DNA of 64,000 nucleotides, taken from Camelus dromedarius. Taxonomy: Eukaryota. The DNA is taken from assembly GCF_036321535.1 (NCBI RefSeq), contig NC_087438.1, positions 7,318,001-7,382,000 of the forward strand, written 5' to 3'. The translations under genes and the position numbers were made by a program. The notes beneath the pieces are model-generated. The model worked only from the letters and a program-made list of their open reading frames with translations, did not search any database and was not told the DNA's origin. The stretch's first letter is position 1; every line of letters starts with the position of its first letter. Of the stretch, positions 62,482 to 64,000 are shown in pieces.

Positions 62482-64000
62482 CTGTTTGCAAAACAGATAT
62501 GAACATACCAGAATGATCAAGGTAGCGTCCACCATTCTTTAAAAATGTCCTTGCTTTAGAAAGTAACAGATTCGTGTATGTGCTGACCATTTCCCACTTT
62601 CTTTTCTTTCTGTCGTCACAGAAATAAGAGGCCCTGAGTCACAGGGCTTCTTGTACAAGATCAGCCCTGGTTCCTGGCATCTCAGAAAGGCACCGAATTA
62701 GGGTATTGACCAGCCTCTCTCCTAAATGGATGCATTCAGAACATTCTGAGTCTCTATGGCCGACCCATTAGAAATCCATACAAAATCCATGCCTCCCCTC
62801 CACCTTGTTAGCTGATAACCACTGTTTGATCCAGCTACGTATATGCCCTTGCAGCTGGAGGCCCACTGAAAAAAAGCAGAAGTCACCTGGCTTTTGCAAA
62901 ATCTTTGGCTTTCCTGATAAAAGACACAAGCATGGCCAGAACCTCCTCTTCTTCCCCTTCTTGCTGTCTTTGAAGGAAGACATGATGTCTAGAGCTGCAG
63001 CAGCCCTTTTGAAACCAAGAGGAGACAAGACTGAGGATGAATATCCAGACAGGAGGAGGATAAGCCTGGGTCCCCGATGGTATTGTCCAACAGTGGCAGC
63101 AAGGCCAGCAGTCTTACACCTCTGGGCTTCTCAGCACACAGGAACCACAAGGCCGTCTGGTCCAGTGGTCAGCCTCTCTGCTTCCTGCAGGCAGACCTGG
63201 CCCAGCCTCACACACCGGTCACTTTTTTACATAACGAACACATGACAAGCACTGCTGTGTGGCAGGCAGGCAGGAAGGCATGGGCAGCAGAAGCGTTTCC
63301 CAACCTGAGCTGAGTCTGTTTGTTTAGAGGAGGGGTGGGAGGAACCACAGATCTTCGAGGCTGGTAGTTCTTGCCTTGGTAGAATTCCGGAACCAATAGT
63401 TCTAACATAATTACGACTTTCTTCTTTAAAATGCATTAAGGCAGTTGTATATTAACATTTTACATTTGCAAGTGACTCATGTGCTTAGGAAGCCATAATC
63501 TTCTTGAGGGTGGCGGGGAGGGGCTGGGATGCTGGTTAAGATGCCCAAGGGAGGGGCGAAAGGAATCTGGTGTTCAGCATGTGCCGGCTCTGTGCCCACG
63601 CTGACGGGAGACACCACTGACATCACTTCATTTAAGTCTCACCCTCACCATGACAAGGTCTTACTCCCTCTCCTTTATACATGTTGAACACAAGTCTCAG
63701 AGAGGTTGAGTCATTTGCTCAAAGTCACAGAGCTGTTGGAACAGATCTCTTCCATAGCCCCAACCTCATACCTCGCACACGACTAGATTTGAGTCATGAA
63801 TTTTTGATGGAAAAAAGCAGAGAAGAGCCTAGTCCCAACCTTAGAAGCATATGATTTCTTCTGGAGGTGGCATGGGGGAAAAAGGTATGACTTTAGAGGC
63901 TCCTGAACTTTTTCTTTTGATGTATTAGCTTAAGAAAATTGCTCTGTTGCTCTCTGGAATATTTACAGAGAATGTGAATTATGAACTGTTGAAAGAGACA

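Noticed and set aside
1..64000. Hundreds of 60-200 aa ORFs in the six-frame track
   Set aside because: Low-complexity P/G/S/R-rich chance ORFs in GC-rich or repeat DNA, many with non-ATG starts; only those overlapping ROPN1L exons or L1/mariner relics resemble real proteins

Overview
Mammalian genomic DNA. The tRNA-Ala-derived SINEs look like camelid vic-1 SINEs, so the source is probably a camel or alpaca (inference). The only supportable protein-coding gene is ROPN1L (ropporin-1-like; RIIa-type docking/dimerisation-domain protein of sperm flagella and motile cilia) on the + strand. It has five coding exons: 4379-4509, 8067-8190, 9330-9491, 16230-16405 and 20230-20293. All introns are GT-AG and phase-compatible, giving a 218-aa protein. 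The gene starts in a CpG-island promoter with an RFX X-box, and there is a probable 213-nt 5'UTR intron containing a uORF. The remaining ~43 kb is intergenic and rich in old repeats (many MLT1/MaLR solo LTRs, L1, L2, MIR, MER DNA transposons, mariner relics), plus a few younger L1 and SINE insertions with target-site duplications (TSDs). I found no convincing novel multi-gene system. The best observations are a cryptic out-of-frame C-terminal extension of ROPN1L, the uORF-bearing UTR intron, an R-to-C change in a conserved motif, and a four-layer nested transposon stack at 35.9-38.2 kb. Repeat family names come from recalled consensus sequences, not a database search. Nearly all ORFs in the supplied track are spurious.
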